NCBI GenBank assembly: GCA_016933095.1
Contig: JAFGBP010000042.1
Coordinates: 19,691 to 83,690 of the forward strand
Source: Candidatus Woesearchaeota archaeon
GTDB taxonomy: Archaea; Nanobdellota; Nanobdellia; Woesearchaeales; SM23-78
DNA length: 64,000 nt
Direction: 5' to 3'
The translations under genes were made by a program, and so were the position numbers. Shown piece by piece: positions 19,485 through 27,576 of the stretch. A model generated the notes under the pieces. It did not search any database. It saw only the letters and a list, made by a program, of their open reading frames with translations, and was not told the DNA's origin. Positions within the stretch are counted from its first letter, which is position 1; the number at the start of each line of letters is the position of its first letter.

Positions 19485-20711
19485 CTAGCGCTCCAAGTAA
19501 GCCACCTGCTCAGGATCGAACTCAAAGAACTCCGACAGGGCACTCCTACCCTCAGCAGCCCCAGGCCCCTTGCCTTTGAACAGGCTCTTCACATAAGGAT
19601 AAGTCGCCTGGAGCGCCTGCTTACGGCTCGAATGAGTCTTCGCCGCAATCTTCTCGCAAATCGCCTTCTTCTTCATCTGCTTCATGTTAGCAAGCCAAAT
19701 CTTAAGCTTGCGCGTCGTCTGCTTGTAATCCACCTGGCTCTTGTAGCGCTCGTCCTTGGAGACCGCGATCCCAGCCGATAAGAGGTCATAGCAATATACA
19801 TAGAAGCGGTAGTGCTGCCAGCGCATGATCCTGCCCTTGAAGACATCAGCCCTGCTCATCTGCTCAAAACCGCGCGCCAAGTCCTCAGGCCGGAGATACT
19901 CCTTAGGCAGGTTCTCATCCACCCAGAGGAAAATCTCATCCAGGTCCTCTGCCACAGAGTCAAGCGCCTGCCTCGCAACGCCAGGGTCTGACGTCTTGAA
20001 AATCCTAAGAAGAGCATTCTCGATCCTCTCCACGTGCTCGCGGTCGCTCAGGAACTCTACGTCAGCTCGTGTAACTCTCTTGCCGGAATTAGCCACGCTT
20101 TGCAGGTCATTGAGAGCTGCGCGAAAGTCACCGTTGCTCCTGCGGGCCACGATAGACAATGCATCCTCATCGCAAGAAAGCCCCTCGCCCTCGCAAACAT
20201 GCTGCAGAAACGAGACGACATCAGAATGAGGCCTGGGCGCGAACTCTATCATAGTGCAAGCCTTTCGAAGGGCCTTATGCTTCTGGCCGAACGGGTCCTG
20301 GCAAGTCAATATTATAGGGAACCGGCTCTCAGAGATTATCTTGATGAGAGCTGTCAAGCCTCCGCGGTCCTCGCGTCCGGTTACCCCTTCCACCTCATCG
20401 ACAAGGATGATCTTTCCCTTGGAAAACAGGCTCATCTGCTTGGAAGCAGTGCCGACGATCGCCTCGATCTGGTCAGCAGTCCTGGAATCGCTGGCATTAA
20501 CCTCGATGAGCTCCAAACCAAGAGAATGAGCAAGCGCGTACACGCTGCTGGTCTTCCCTGCTCCGCTCAGGCCGTAGAGAAGAAGAGCCTTCCCAGGCTT
20601 GTGCCGCTCGACAAAAGACTTCATCTGGGAGAAAGCCTTGTCCAAGCCCACCAGGTCAGACTCTGATTTAGGAGAATGCTTCTGGATCCAAGGAATGAAA
20701 TCACCACCCAT
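19485..20711 (-). CDS. rfcL: replication factor C large subunit
   Basis: Walker A GLSGAGKTS, DEVEG box, clamp-loader organisation; start moved to MGGDFIPW Met so that TATA (ttataaaatc) sits ~25 nt upstream. Confidence 0.8.
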   Translation of the reverse strand: MGGDFIPWIQKHSPKSESDLVGLDKAFSQMKSFVERHKPGKALLLYGLSGAGKTSSVYALAHSLGLELIEVNASDSRTADQIEAIVGTASKQMSLFSKGKIILVDEVEGVTGREDRGGLTALIKIISESRFPIILTCQDPFGQKHKALRKACTMIEFAPRPHSDVVSFLQHVCEGEGLSCDEDALSIVARRSNGDFRAALNDLQSVANSGKRVTRADVEFLSDREHVERIENALLRIFKTSDPGVARQALDSVAEDLDEIFLWVDENLPKEYLRPEDLARGFEQMSRADVFKGRIMRWQHYRFYVYCYDLLSAGIAVSKDERYKSQVDYKQTTRKLKIWLANMKQMKKKAICEKIAAKTHSSRKQALQATYPYVKSLFKGKGPGAAEGRSALSEFFEFDPEQVAYLER

Positions 20712-20732
20712 GGAAAACAGGACACAAGGGGA

Positions 20733-20741
20733 TTTTATAAC
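20733..20741 (-). promoter_or_regulatory. TATA-box-like element upstream of rfcL (leaderless)
   Basis: ttataaaat on coding strand ~22-30 nt before ATG. Confidence 0.4.
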
Positions 20742-20833
20742 GTTTTTGGGCAAAAACCTTTTAAATGAAGGGCAAAAACCAACAGATATCACAGGGAAAA
20801 CTTTTTATTCAAAGACTAAGAAAAGGTGATAGA

Positions 20834-20986
20834 ATGGTCGTAGAATTCGGAGAGTTCAAAGGAAACAAGATGATAATCCTCAAGAGAGGGGAAGACGAGA
20901 AGTTCCCGTTCTCATTCGGCAAGAACAAGGCAAGGATGATCGTCGAGAACTTCGACGAGATAAAAAGGTTTGCTGAAGAAGAGTAA
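20834..20986 (+). CDS. small protein, possibly PC4-like ssDNA-binding fold
   Basis: MVVEFGEFKGNKMIILKRGEDEKFPFSFGKNKARMIVENF resembles PC4/YdbC pattern (V.EFKG..L.DIR); AAGGTGA RBS 7 nt upstream. Confidence 0.3.
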   Translation: MVVEFGEFKGNKMIILKRGEDEKFPFSFGKNKARMIVENFDEIKRFAEEE

Positions 20987-21142
20987 GAACAATAGAAAGG
21001 GATAAGCAAGATACTTTTCTTTCATCGGCGCGCCGCGTGGCCAGATCAATCGTATGACTATCGCGGCGGTTGATGATAAAAATAGAAGAAATGCAGCCTC
21101 CGGGTTGTGTGCAACACGGGTTAAAAACACAGCGCAATCAAT

Positions 21143-21658
21143 TCATTTAGGCAGTCTGTTCTTTTCCAACAGTTCTTCTGCCTTGTTCAGGAAGTCTATT
21201 GTTTTCTTCTGATATTCCTTCACTTTTTCTGTTGTAAACAGCGTGTTTGTCGCGTAGTTTGCCTGCCTTCTTGTTTCTTTAAGGTTCGCATAGAATTCCG
21301 CATCGGATTTTGTAATTGCTAAGTTTTCTATCAGCTCTGCATCTGCCTTTTTAATCTTGTACTCTTTAATGAGGAACAGCAGCGTCGAATCGTGACTTTT
21401 GGAAGTATATCCTTTGTTTGCAATTAGCGCGAGTGCCGCGTGGTACGCGGCGTAGTACAGCACCACAATAAGCCAATCGTTGAACTCTGACTCGCTCACG
21501 TTTTTCTGGAAGAATTTGAGGTTATGCTTAGCTTTGTCCAGATGGGCTTTTATCAGGCTCGTTGCAAATGGTTCTTTTCTGAGCAGATTATGGTGCTTGT
21601 ATTTTTCAAGTTCATCATTTAGCAATTTTTCATTGTCATAAAATTGTCCGACGTTCAT
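21143..21658 (-). CDS. HEPN-domain protein (putative toxin partner of MNT)
   Basis: 171 aa all-helical; 4-nt ATGA overlap with upstream MNT gene; classic HEPN/MNT operon arrangement; Rx4-6H motif not clearly seen. Confidence 0.5.
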   Translation of the reverse strand: MNVGQFYDNEKLLNDELEKYKHHNLLRKEPFATSLIKAHLDKAKHNLKFFQKNVSESEFNDWLIVVLYYAAYHAALALIANKGYTSKSHDSTLLFLIKEYKIKKADAELIENLAITKSDAEFYANLKETRRQANYATNTLFTTEKVKEYQKKTIDFLNKAEELLEKNRLPK

Positions 21659-22263
21659 TTTTTGATGACCTCGTGATAGAGTTGTTGGTTGAATATTGGA
21701 AAACCAGTTTCTTTTGCCTGACTTACTAGGTGGTCTTTGCCTTCTTTTAACAGTTGCGTATTGGTGAAAGCTAAGCTTAAATTATGGTTGGATCTTGACT
21801 GCACATCTCTTTTCAGGGATTCCATCTGCTGAATTATTTCAGTCTCATACATTTGCTGTAATTTCAGGGTGTTAAACTTGTGAAGCACAACAAGCAAATC
21901 AATGTCGCTCTTCTCAGTCTCAGCTTTTCTGGCGCTTGATCCAAACAAGACCATACTTGCCACCTCATTCGGCGTCTTGCCTACTAACTCCTTTAATGGC
22001 AACCTTATGTTTCGATTTAGCCCATTCAACCGAGTTAGGTCTATTTTTGTGAATTCTATCGCGAATCTTTCTTGGTCAGCCATTGTAAAAAATACGTTTG
22101 CCTTAGTCTTCTGACTTCCCAGAACATTCTTCTTCAACAGGGCGAGAGTTGTGTTTTGTATTGAGCTGTTTGACAAGCCAGTTAGGCTTTTGATCTCATT
22201 AAAATACAACATTTCCTTTTTGGAATCATAAAAAGCCTTGAAAATCTTTTCTTCCGCATTCAT
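21655..22263 (-). CDS. minimal nucleotidyltransferase (MNT) with N-terminal wHTH
   Basis: LFGSSARKAETEKSDIDLLVV = GS..x(9-13)DxD nucleotidyltransferase signature. Confidence 0.7.
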   Translation of the reverse strand: MNAEEKIFKAFYDSKKEMLYFNEIKSLTGLSNSSIQNTTLALLKKNVLGSQKTKANVFFTMADQERFAIEFTKIDLTRLNGLNRNIRLPLKELVGKTPNEVASMVLFGSSARKAETEKSDIDLLVVLHKFNTLKLQQMYETEIIQQMESLKRDVQSRSNHNLSLAFTNTQLLKEGKDHLVSQAKETGFPIFNQQLYHEVIKK

Positions 22264-22282
22264 GATTGCAGGGAGGCGATTT

Positions 22283-22339
22283 CAATTTATATAGTTTGCC
22301 ATTTTTTGGCACAAATATGCCAAATTTTGGCAATATGCG
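22283..22339 (-). promoter_or_regulatory. promoter (TATA atttatatag) plus operator-like palindromes TTGGCAcaaatatGCCAA and TTGGCAatatGC upstream of MNT/HEPN operon
   Basis: read directly; palindrome 22306-22323 perfect 5-bp arms. Confidence 0.4.
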
Positions 22340-22391
22340 TAAGTTTAATAAGAACACCCATTATCACAACAAAATGACGCGGAACGTATAA

Positions 22392-22488
22392 TGCAGCCGC
22401 CGGGATTCGAACCCGAGTCACAGGCTCTTTCCAGATCCAAGAAAGGACCCTTGGGAAGCCCAGATCATAGCCACTAGACCACGGCTGC
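22392..22488 (-). tRNA. tRNA-Gly (anticodon CCC inferred) with ~24-nt intron at canonical 37/38 position
   Basis: acceptor GCAGCCG/CGGCTGC, T arm TCGGG-TTCGAAT-CCCGG, anticodon loop TTCCCAA by linear numbering; 97 nt total. Confidence 0.6.
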
Positions 22489-22494
22489 ATAAAA

Positions 22495-23583
22495 TCATAA
22501 TTTCTTCAGTACGACTCTGTTCTTCATGGCAGCACGTCTTATGGCATTCTTAAAGCTTTCTGTGATGATATCCCTATGGCGCGCGTTGGTGCTGTTGGAA
22601 AACAACCAGTTCTCAGTGCTCTTGATATACGCGCGCACGTCCTCGTCATCCGCACGAAATCCAGGCTCCCATAGTATCCTTCCGATGTTGACGGTCCTGC
22701 ATTTCAGGCAGACGCCGCACTGAGAATCATAAAGCCGGAAGCTCGGAAGCTTCTTCTGCATGTTCTTTCTGTGAGCGGCCTTGAAGCAGTTGGCCGAGAA
22801 GCAGTTGCACACTTCCTTCATCCAATCAGGCTCTTGCTCGTACATGTCACGTATGACGCTCATCTCGCTCCTGTTCTTCCATTTTACCCGGACGCCGAGA
22901 CCCAGCTTCCTAAGGACATCATTAAACATCTTCATGTTGTCTTCCTGTCCCGTGAACAAGGCAAGGTCAGAAGTCTCTCCGAATCCCTCAGTCCATATGT
23001 GCGCCGCGCCAAAGCCATGCGCATACGGAATCAAAATTCCAGTGAGGAACATATCCCTTGAAACCATCACCTTATAGTTCCCGCCGGCCGAACCGTTTTT
23101 CAGCTCCAAAACCTCAAGGTCGAAACCAAACTTCTTGCTCTGCCTAATGGCATATTTCCTCTCGTCAGAGCCGTTTGACTTGTTGAGGCCGGCTATGTGC
23201 ACTGCGAGGACGTTCTCTGCACCGTAGCGCTTCTGGGCGTTCATCAAGTTCCACAAGGAATCCTTGCCTGCTGAGAATGAGACTACTGCTTTTCTGGAGC
23301 TGGTAGATCTTGAATGAAGCGGGTTGTAGGAGCGGCAGTGAATTTCTGGAGGAGTCCTCCCCTCGCTCTTGTACATCTTCCCAATCAAGACCTGCATCGG
23401 CTTTGCAATCGGAAAGTCACTGTAAATCTTTCGGGGCATCCTCGGCCCCAGGAGGTGCATGGCTGCAAACTGCGCAAAATATTCCTCTGCGCCGAAGGGG
23501 TATGTCTTGGCTTGGAGGCGGTCTGTCTCGCCTTTATATGATAGAATGACTTCAAGTCCATTGCTAGCTAACCTTGCATTCAT
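22495..23583 (-). CDS. PP-loop ATP pyrophosphatase family protein with C-terminal Cys cluster
   Basis: SFSAGKDS (SGGxDS-like PP-loop), C-terminal CNCFSANC...CGVCLKC. Confidence 0.6.
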   Translation of the reverse strand: MNARLASNGLEVILSYKGETDRLQAKTYPFGAEEYFAQFAAMHLLGPRMPRKIYSDFPIAKPMQVLIGKMYKSEGRTPPEIHCRSYNPLHSRSTSSRKAVVSFSAGKDSLWNLMNAQKRYGAENVLAVHIAGLNKSNGSDERKYAIRQSKKFGFDLEVLELKNGSAGGNYKVMVSRDMFLTGILIPYAHGFGAAHIWTEGFGETSDLALFTGQEDNMKMFNDVLRKLGLGVRVKWKNRSEMSVIRDMYEQEPDWMKEVCNCFSANCFKAAHRKNMQKKLPSFRLYDSQCGVCLKCRTVNIGRILWEPGFRADDEDVRAYIKSTENWLFSNSTNARHRDIITESFKNAIRRAAMKNRVVLKKL

Positions 23584-23617
23584 TAGCCTTTGAGAAAACT
23601 CATGGAATTTATAAGAC

Positions 23618-24280
23618 TTATTCCTTCTTCTTGGTCAAGCCCCACTTGTCAAGGTAGAACTTGTACTTCTCGAAGTCATTGCTCTCGCGGAACTCTGCCT
23701 TAGCCTTCTTGTCAAGCCTGTTAAGCCACTTGCCTGAGATGCGAAGCACCTCCTTGACCTCCGGAGTGATGGGCTCGGCTTCTGGCTCTACTTCCTCAGG
23801 CATGCCAACCTCGACGTCGTCAGGCTGCTCGCGACCCCCAAACAATGATCTGAAGAACCTCTTAGTCAAACCTTCGCGCTTCTCCTCGAGCTCCTCCTCG
23901 ATCTCATGAGCCGCCTCGATCTGGCGGTCAGTCTCTCGGATCTCCTCCTTCATGTCCTCCAGCTCTGCTTCCTCTTCCTGGATGTCATCATAATCCTGGC
24001 GCCTGCCAAAAAGCCTGTCCAAGAACCCTGGCTTGCCATACACGACGTGCACCTTGTTCGAGCGTATCTGCGGAGCAGAAGGCTCATTCTCATCCTCGAA
24101 TATCTTCGGAAGCCTGATCTTCAGCCCTGAGAACGATTTCCTAGGCTTGATCCTCCTGTTAAGATAATCCCCTAAATCCCTATTGAACAAGTCATGTCTC
24201 GCCATTTCATCCACCCATGAAAAATCCTTAAAATAATCGCCCGCTGCAAACCGCTGGCGCAAGCCGCAAAAGCAGCCCAT
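23618..24280 (-). CDS. acidic coiled-coil hypothetical protein
   Basis: Glu-rich heptads (EEEAELEDMKEEIRETDRQIEAAHEIEEELEEKRE). Confidence 0.4.
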   Translation of the reverse strand: MGCFCGLRQRFAAGDYFKDFSWVDEMARHDLFNRDLGDYLNRRIKPRKSFSGLKIRLPKIFEDENEPSAPQIRSNKVHVVYGKPGFLDRLFGRRQDYDDIQEEEAELEDMKEEIRETDRQIEAAHEIEEELEEKREGLTKRFFRSLFGGREQPDDVEVGMPEEVEPEAEPITPEVKEVLRISGKWLNRLDKKAKAEFRESNDFEKYKFYLDKWGLTKKKE

Positions 24281-24368
24281 CCGCTAATAATTGGAAGTAG
24301 AGCAAAGTGTATTTATATAGTTTTCTTATCGGAGCGAGAACTGAACATCCATATAAAAATAGAAAAGA

Positions 24369-24521
24369 TGGGGCTGCAGGGATTCGAACCCTGATCTTCG
24401 GCTGACTTCAGTGGATAGAGTTGTCATCGCCTTGCGGCTCATCTCTCCAGTGCTGGAGGCCACTATTCTAGCCAGGATGTACCTACCTTGGAATTCCAAG
24501 AATAGCTTATACTACAGCCCC
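24369..24521 (-). tRNA. tRNA gene with ~80-nt intron (isotype unresolved)
   Basis: acceptor GGGGCTG/CAGCCCC + discriminator A, T arm CAGGG-TTCGAAT-CCCTG; interior carries palindromes CTTGGAATTCCAAG and CTCCAGcaCTGGAG. Confidence 0.45.
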
Positions 24522-24657
24522 AAAAGTTTTGATGGTAAGGCAAAAGAACAGAGGGGGTTTTATAAATATTTGCAAAAAAAACAAGCGGCTTCAGGAAACG
24601 TATCTTCAGCGTTACCTCGCCTGCCAAAGCCGCAGAACGTTCAAAAAAAAGAAAGCA

Positions 24658-26073
24658 CTATTTGTCCTTGATCTTCAAACCCAGCTCGTCCATCTGCATG
24701 GTGTGGACGTCCGAAGGCGCGTCGAGCATGAGGTCCCTTGCATCCTTGTTCTTAGGATACGCGATGACTTCCTTTATGCTCTTCTCTCCTGCCATGAGCA
24801 TTATCATCCTGTCAAGACCCAAGGCGATCCCGCCGTGCGGAGGAGCTCCGAACGTGAAGGCGTTCAGCAGGAACCCGAACTTCTTATCGGCCTCTGCCTC
24901 GTCGATCCCGAGGCACCTGAACATCTTGTCCTGAAGCTCGCGCTTGTGAATCCTTATGGAGCCTCCGCCGAGCTCTGTGCCGTTGAGCACGATGTCGTAG
25001 GCGTTGGCCCTGATGCCTGCCTTCTCCTTCTCGTCCTTTGCTTCCATGAGCGCAATGTCTTCCTTCTTAGGAGAAGTGAACGGGTGGTGCATGGCGTAGT
25101 ATCGCTTGTCATCATCGTTCCACTCGAGTAGCGGGAAGTCGACGACCCACTCGAACGCATATTCCTGAGGATCATTCTTGTCCTTGCGAATGTCAGGCTT
25201 GTCGCTCTTATACTTCTCAATAGCCTCTTTGTAAGTCAGCTTCTGGAATGGGATCTTGACATCGACATTCAAGACTTCCTTCCAGACGAACTGCAAGAGC
25301 CTCTCGATGACGTCCTGGATGTCCTGCTGCTCTATGAAGCTCATCTCCATGTCGAGCTGTGTGAACTCAGGCTGACGGTCGGCCCGCAGGTCCTCGTCCC
25401 TGAAACACTTAGCTATCTGGTAGTACTTGTCATAGCCTGCGACCATGAACAATTGCTTGAATATCTGGGGACTCTGGGGAAGCGCGTAGAACTGCTTCTT
25501 CGACACCCTGCTAGGTACAAGATAATCACGCGCGCCTTCTGGCGTAGATTTCCCAAGGACTGGAGTCTCGAGGTCAATGAACCCTTCCTTGTCGAGGAAT
25601 TTTCTTATGGCGATGCACACCTTGCTCCTCAGCATGAGGTTCTTCTGGAGCCTCTTCTTCCTGAGGTCAAGGAACCTGTACTTTAGCCGAACATCCTCAC
25701 TCGACTCGACTTTCTCGTCCAGCTCCAAGGGAAGGGCGTCTGCAGCGTTCAATATCTCTATCTCCTTTGCAGACAGCTCCACTTCTCCTGTCGCCAGCTC
25801 TTTCCTCACCTGGTTCTCTGGCCTCTTTTTTACCTCACCCACGACCCTGATCACGCTCTCTCTCCTGATCTCTCCGAATTCCTTCGTGAGAGCAGGGTTT
25901 ACGAACACTTGGGTCGATCCGTATCTGTCTCTTAGAATTATGAAGCTTAGCTTGCCTTGTATCCTCTGGGAGTCAACCCAGCCGCAAAGAGTGACTGTCT
26001 TTCCGGCGTCAGAGCCCCTGAGTTCTCCGCAAGTATGTGTCCTTAACATCAGGGCAAGATAGTAAGTGCCCAT
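24658..26073 (-). CDS. aspS: aspartyl-tRNA synthetase, bacterial type lacking the GAD insertion domain
   Basis: FRDEDLRADRQPEFTQLDMEMSF (motif 2 bacterial AspRS), GGGSIRIH, HGGIALGLDRMIMLM; DKPDIRK runs directly into WVVDFPLLE; 471 aa. Confidence 0.85.
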   Translation of the reverse strand: MGTYYLALMLRTHTCGELRGSDAGKTVTLCGWVDSQRIQGKLSFIILRDRYGSTQVFVNPALTKEFGEIRRESVIRVVGEVKKRPENQVRKELATGEVELSAKEIEILNAADALPLELDEKVESSEDVRLKYRFLDLRKKRLQKNLMLRSKVCIAIRKFLDKEGFIDLETPVLGKSTPEGARDYLVPSRVSKKQFYALPQSPQIFKQLFMVAGYDKYYQIAKCFRDEDLRADRQPEFTQLDMEMSFIEQQDIQDVIERLLQFVWKEVLNVDVKIPFQKLTYKEAIEKYKSDKPDIRKDKNDPQEYAFEWVVDFPLLEWNDDDKRYYAMHHPFTSPKKEDIALMEAKDEKEKAGIRANAYDIVLNGTELGGGSIRIHKRELQDKMFRCLGIDEAEADKKFGFLLNAFTFGAPPHGGIALGLDRMIMLMAGEKSIKEVIAYPKNKDARDLMLDAPSDVHTMQMDELGLKIKDK

Positions 26074-26176
26074 TTAAGAAGTTTACTAAAAAAGACAAAC
26101 TATTTATAACATGAATCGCAAAAAGAAAAACAGTTTAGGAGAAGACAGGATGCCATATGGCATCTGAGGTATCAAA

Positions 26177-26614
26177 ATGAACATCAAGTATAACATCAAG
26201 TATATTTATTTCACGGTGATTACGCTGATTTTCCTGGGAGGCTGCAGTGCATCCACGAGCACGGCATATTACAAGGGCATAGAGAGCGCAGGACCACTAG
26301 AGACCTGCGCGGAATACCAGGATGACGCCTGTGGATTGTTCTCCTGCATGGTCGACATGTGCTGGTGCGACGACTCCAGATCGAAACCCATCCTCTACGA
26401 GAAGGAAAACACCATCATTTCCAACGAGGAACAGGCCGTTGCGTACGTGCAGGAATACTTGAAGCTTGAAGATAAGAGCGAAACCTTGGCCAAAAGCGCA
26501 GTGAAAATCAACAACGTATTCTACAACGTCTTCACGGAAGACACGACAGGATATGAAGAAGCCTTTACTCTGGCAGTGGACGGGACCATACTAAGGACGA
26601 CCTGTGGAGTATGA
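26177..26614 (+). CDS. Cys-rich putative lipoprotein
   Basis: signal + LGGCSAS lipobox-like; 145 aa. Confidence 0.45.
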   Translation: MNIKYNIKYIYFTVITLIFLGGCSASTSTAYYKGIESAGPLETCAEYQDDACGLFSCMVDMCWCDDSRSKPILYEKENTIISNEEQAVAYVQEYLKLEDKSETLAKSAVKINNVFYNVFTEDTTGYEEAFTLAVDGTILRTTCGV

Positions 26615-26664
26615 TATCCGAGATATCCGAAGACATCCTCAAAACAAAGACAGAAAAACCCATC

Positions 26665-27522
26665 TCAGCGCAGTATCTTCACGTCGCAAGTCGCGCTCTC
26701 CTTGAAGTCCTCTGCGTCGCTCGCGGTCCCGACTATGACGCCGTAGTGCATCGGGATCGCGACCTTGCACTTCTTGAAGATGGCAGTCGCCTGGGCAGCT
26801 TCCTTGGCGCTCATCGTATAAGTCCCTCCGACCGGAAGAAGCGCGATGTCCGTCTCTATCTGCTGCATCTCAGGTATCAGGTCTGTGTCACCCGCGTGGT
26901 AGACACGGACGCCATCCATCTCCAATATGAAACCCACCCATCCGTTCTCTTTTGGATGCGTGTTCTTGTCCACAGTATATGCCGGGACTGCAGTCACTTT
27001 CTCATCACCAAGATCAATCGTCTGCCCAACGCTTATCAGCATTATCTCCTTGACTTGAAGGCCGCTCAGCTTGCTCTGGCAGTCAGGCACCGTGATGATC
27101 ACAGTCTCGGGCTGTATTATCTTCTCTACGTCCTTTATGCTGCAATGGTCGTAGTGAGGGTGGGTGATAAGAATATAGTCTGCTTTCTCCAAGCCTTGTC
27201 CTCCCTCCACAAGCTGGAAAGGGTCGATGTAGAATACGCGCCTGTTCTTGATCTTAACGCCAGCGTGGCCTGTCGACTCGATGTCAAGCCCCAGTATCTT
27301 CATGTCATCTTCACGTCCTGAGATTGTGATATTGTCCTTGGCATCACCATTATTTAAAGTTAATGAATTCCGTGCATCAGAGGCTCCTGATTCCTGATGA
27401 ACGCATCCTACGAGGCCGAATACAAAGATGAGCAACACGACAAATAGCGTGACAAGTCTCGTGACGGGCCACTCAAGCATCCAAACACATCTTACCATCA
27501 GAGACTTATAGCGCTTCTTCAA
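26665..27522 (-). CDS. metallo-beta-lactamase fold hydrolase with N-terminal TM/signal
   Basis: YILITHPHYDHCS (HxHxDH motif). Confidence 0.75.
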   Translation of the reverse strand: MKKRYKSLMVRCVWMLEWPVTRLVTLFVVLLIFVFGLVGCVHQESGASDARNSLTLNNGDAKDNITISGREDDMKILGLDIESTGHAGVKIKNRRVFYIDPFQLVEGGQGLEKADYILITHPHYDHCSIKDVEKIIQPETVIITVPDCQSKLSGLQVKEIMLISVGQTIDLGDEKVTAVPAYTVDKNTHPKENGWVGFILEMDGVRVYHAGDTDLIPEMQQIETDIALLPVGGTYTMSAKEAAQATAIFKKCKVAIPMHYGVIVGTASDAEDFKESATCDVKILR

Positions 27523-27576
27523 TAAAAAGTTTTATATATTCTCCTCAGGAATGAAGACAAGGGGTGGACTGGTTAA

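Noticed and set aside
24529-25131. 200-aa plus-strand ORF
   Set aside because: It is antisense to aspS, and similar antisense ORFs occur at 20034..20666 versus rfcL and 36613..37026 versus the secretion ATPase. These are shadow ORFs typical of moderately GC-rich coding regions.
26611-27321. 236-aa plus-strand ORF
   Set aside because: It is entirely antisense to the metallo-beta-lactamase gene, which carries a clear HxHxDH motif. It has no start context and is likely a shadow ORF.
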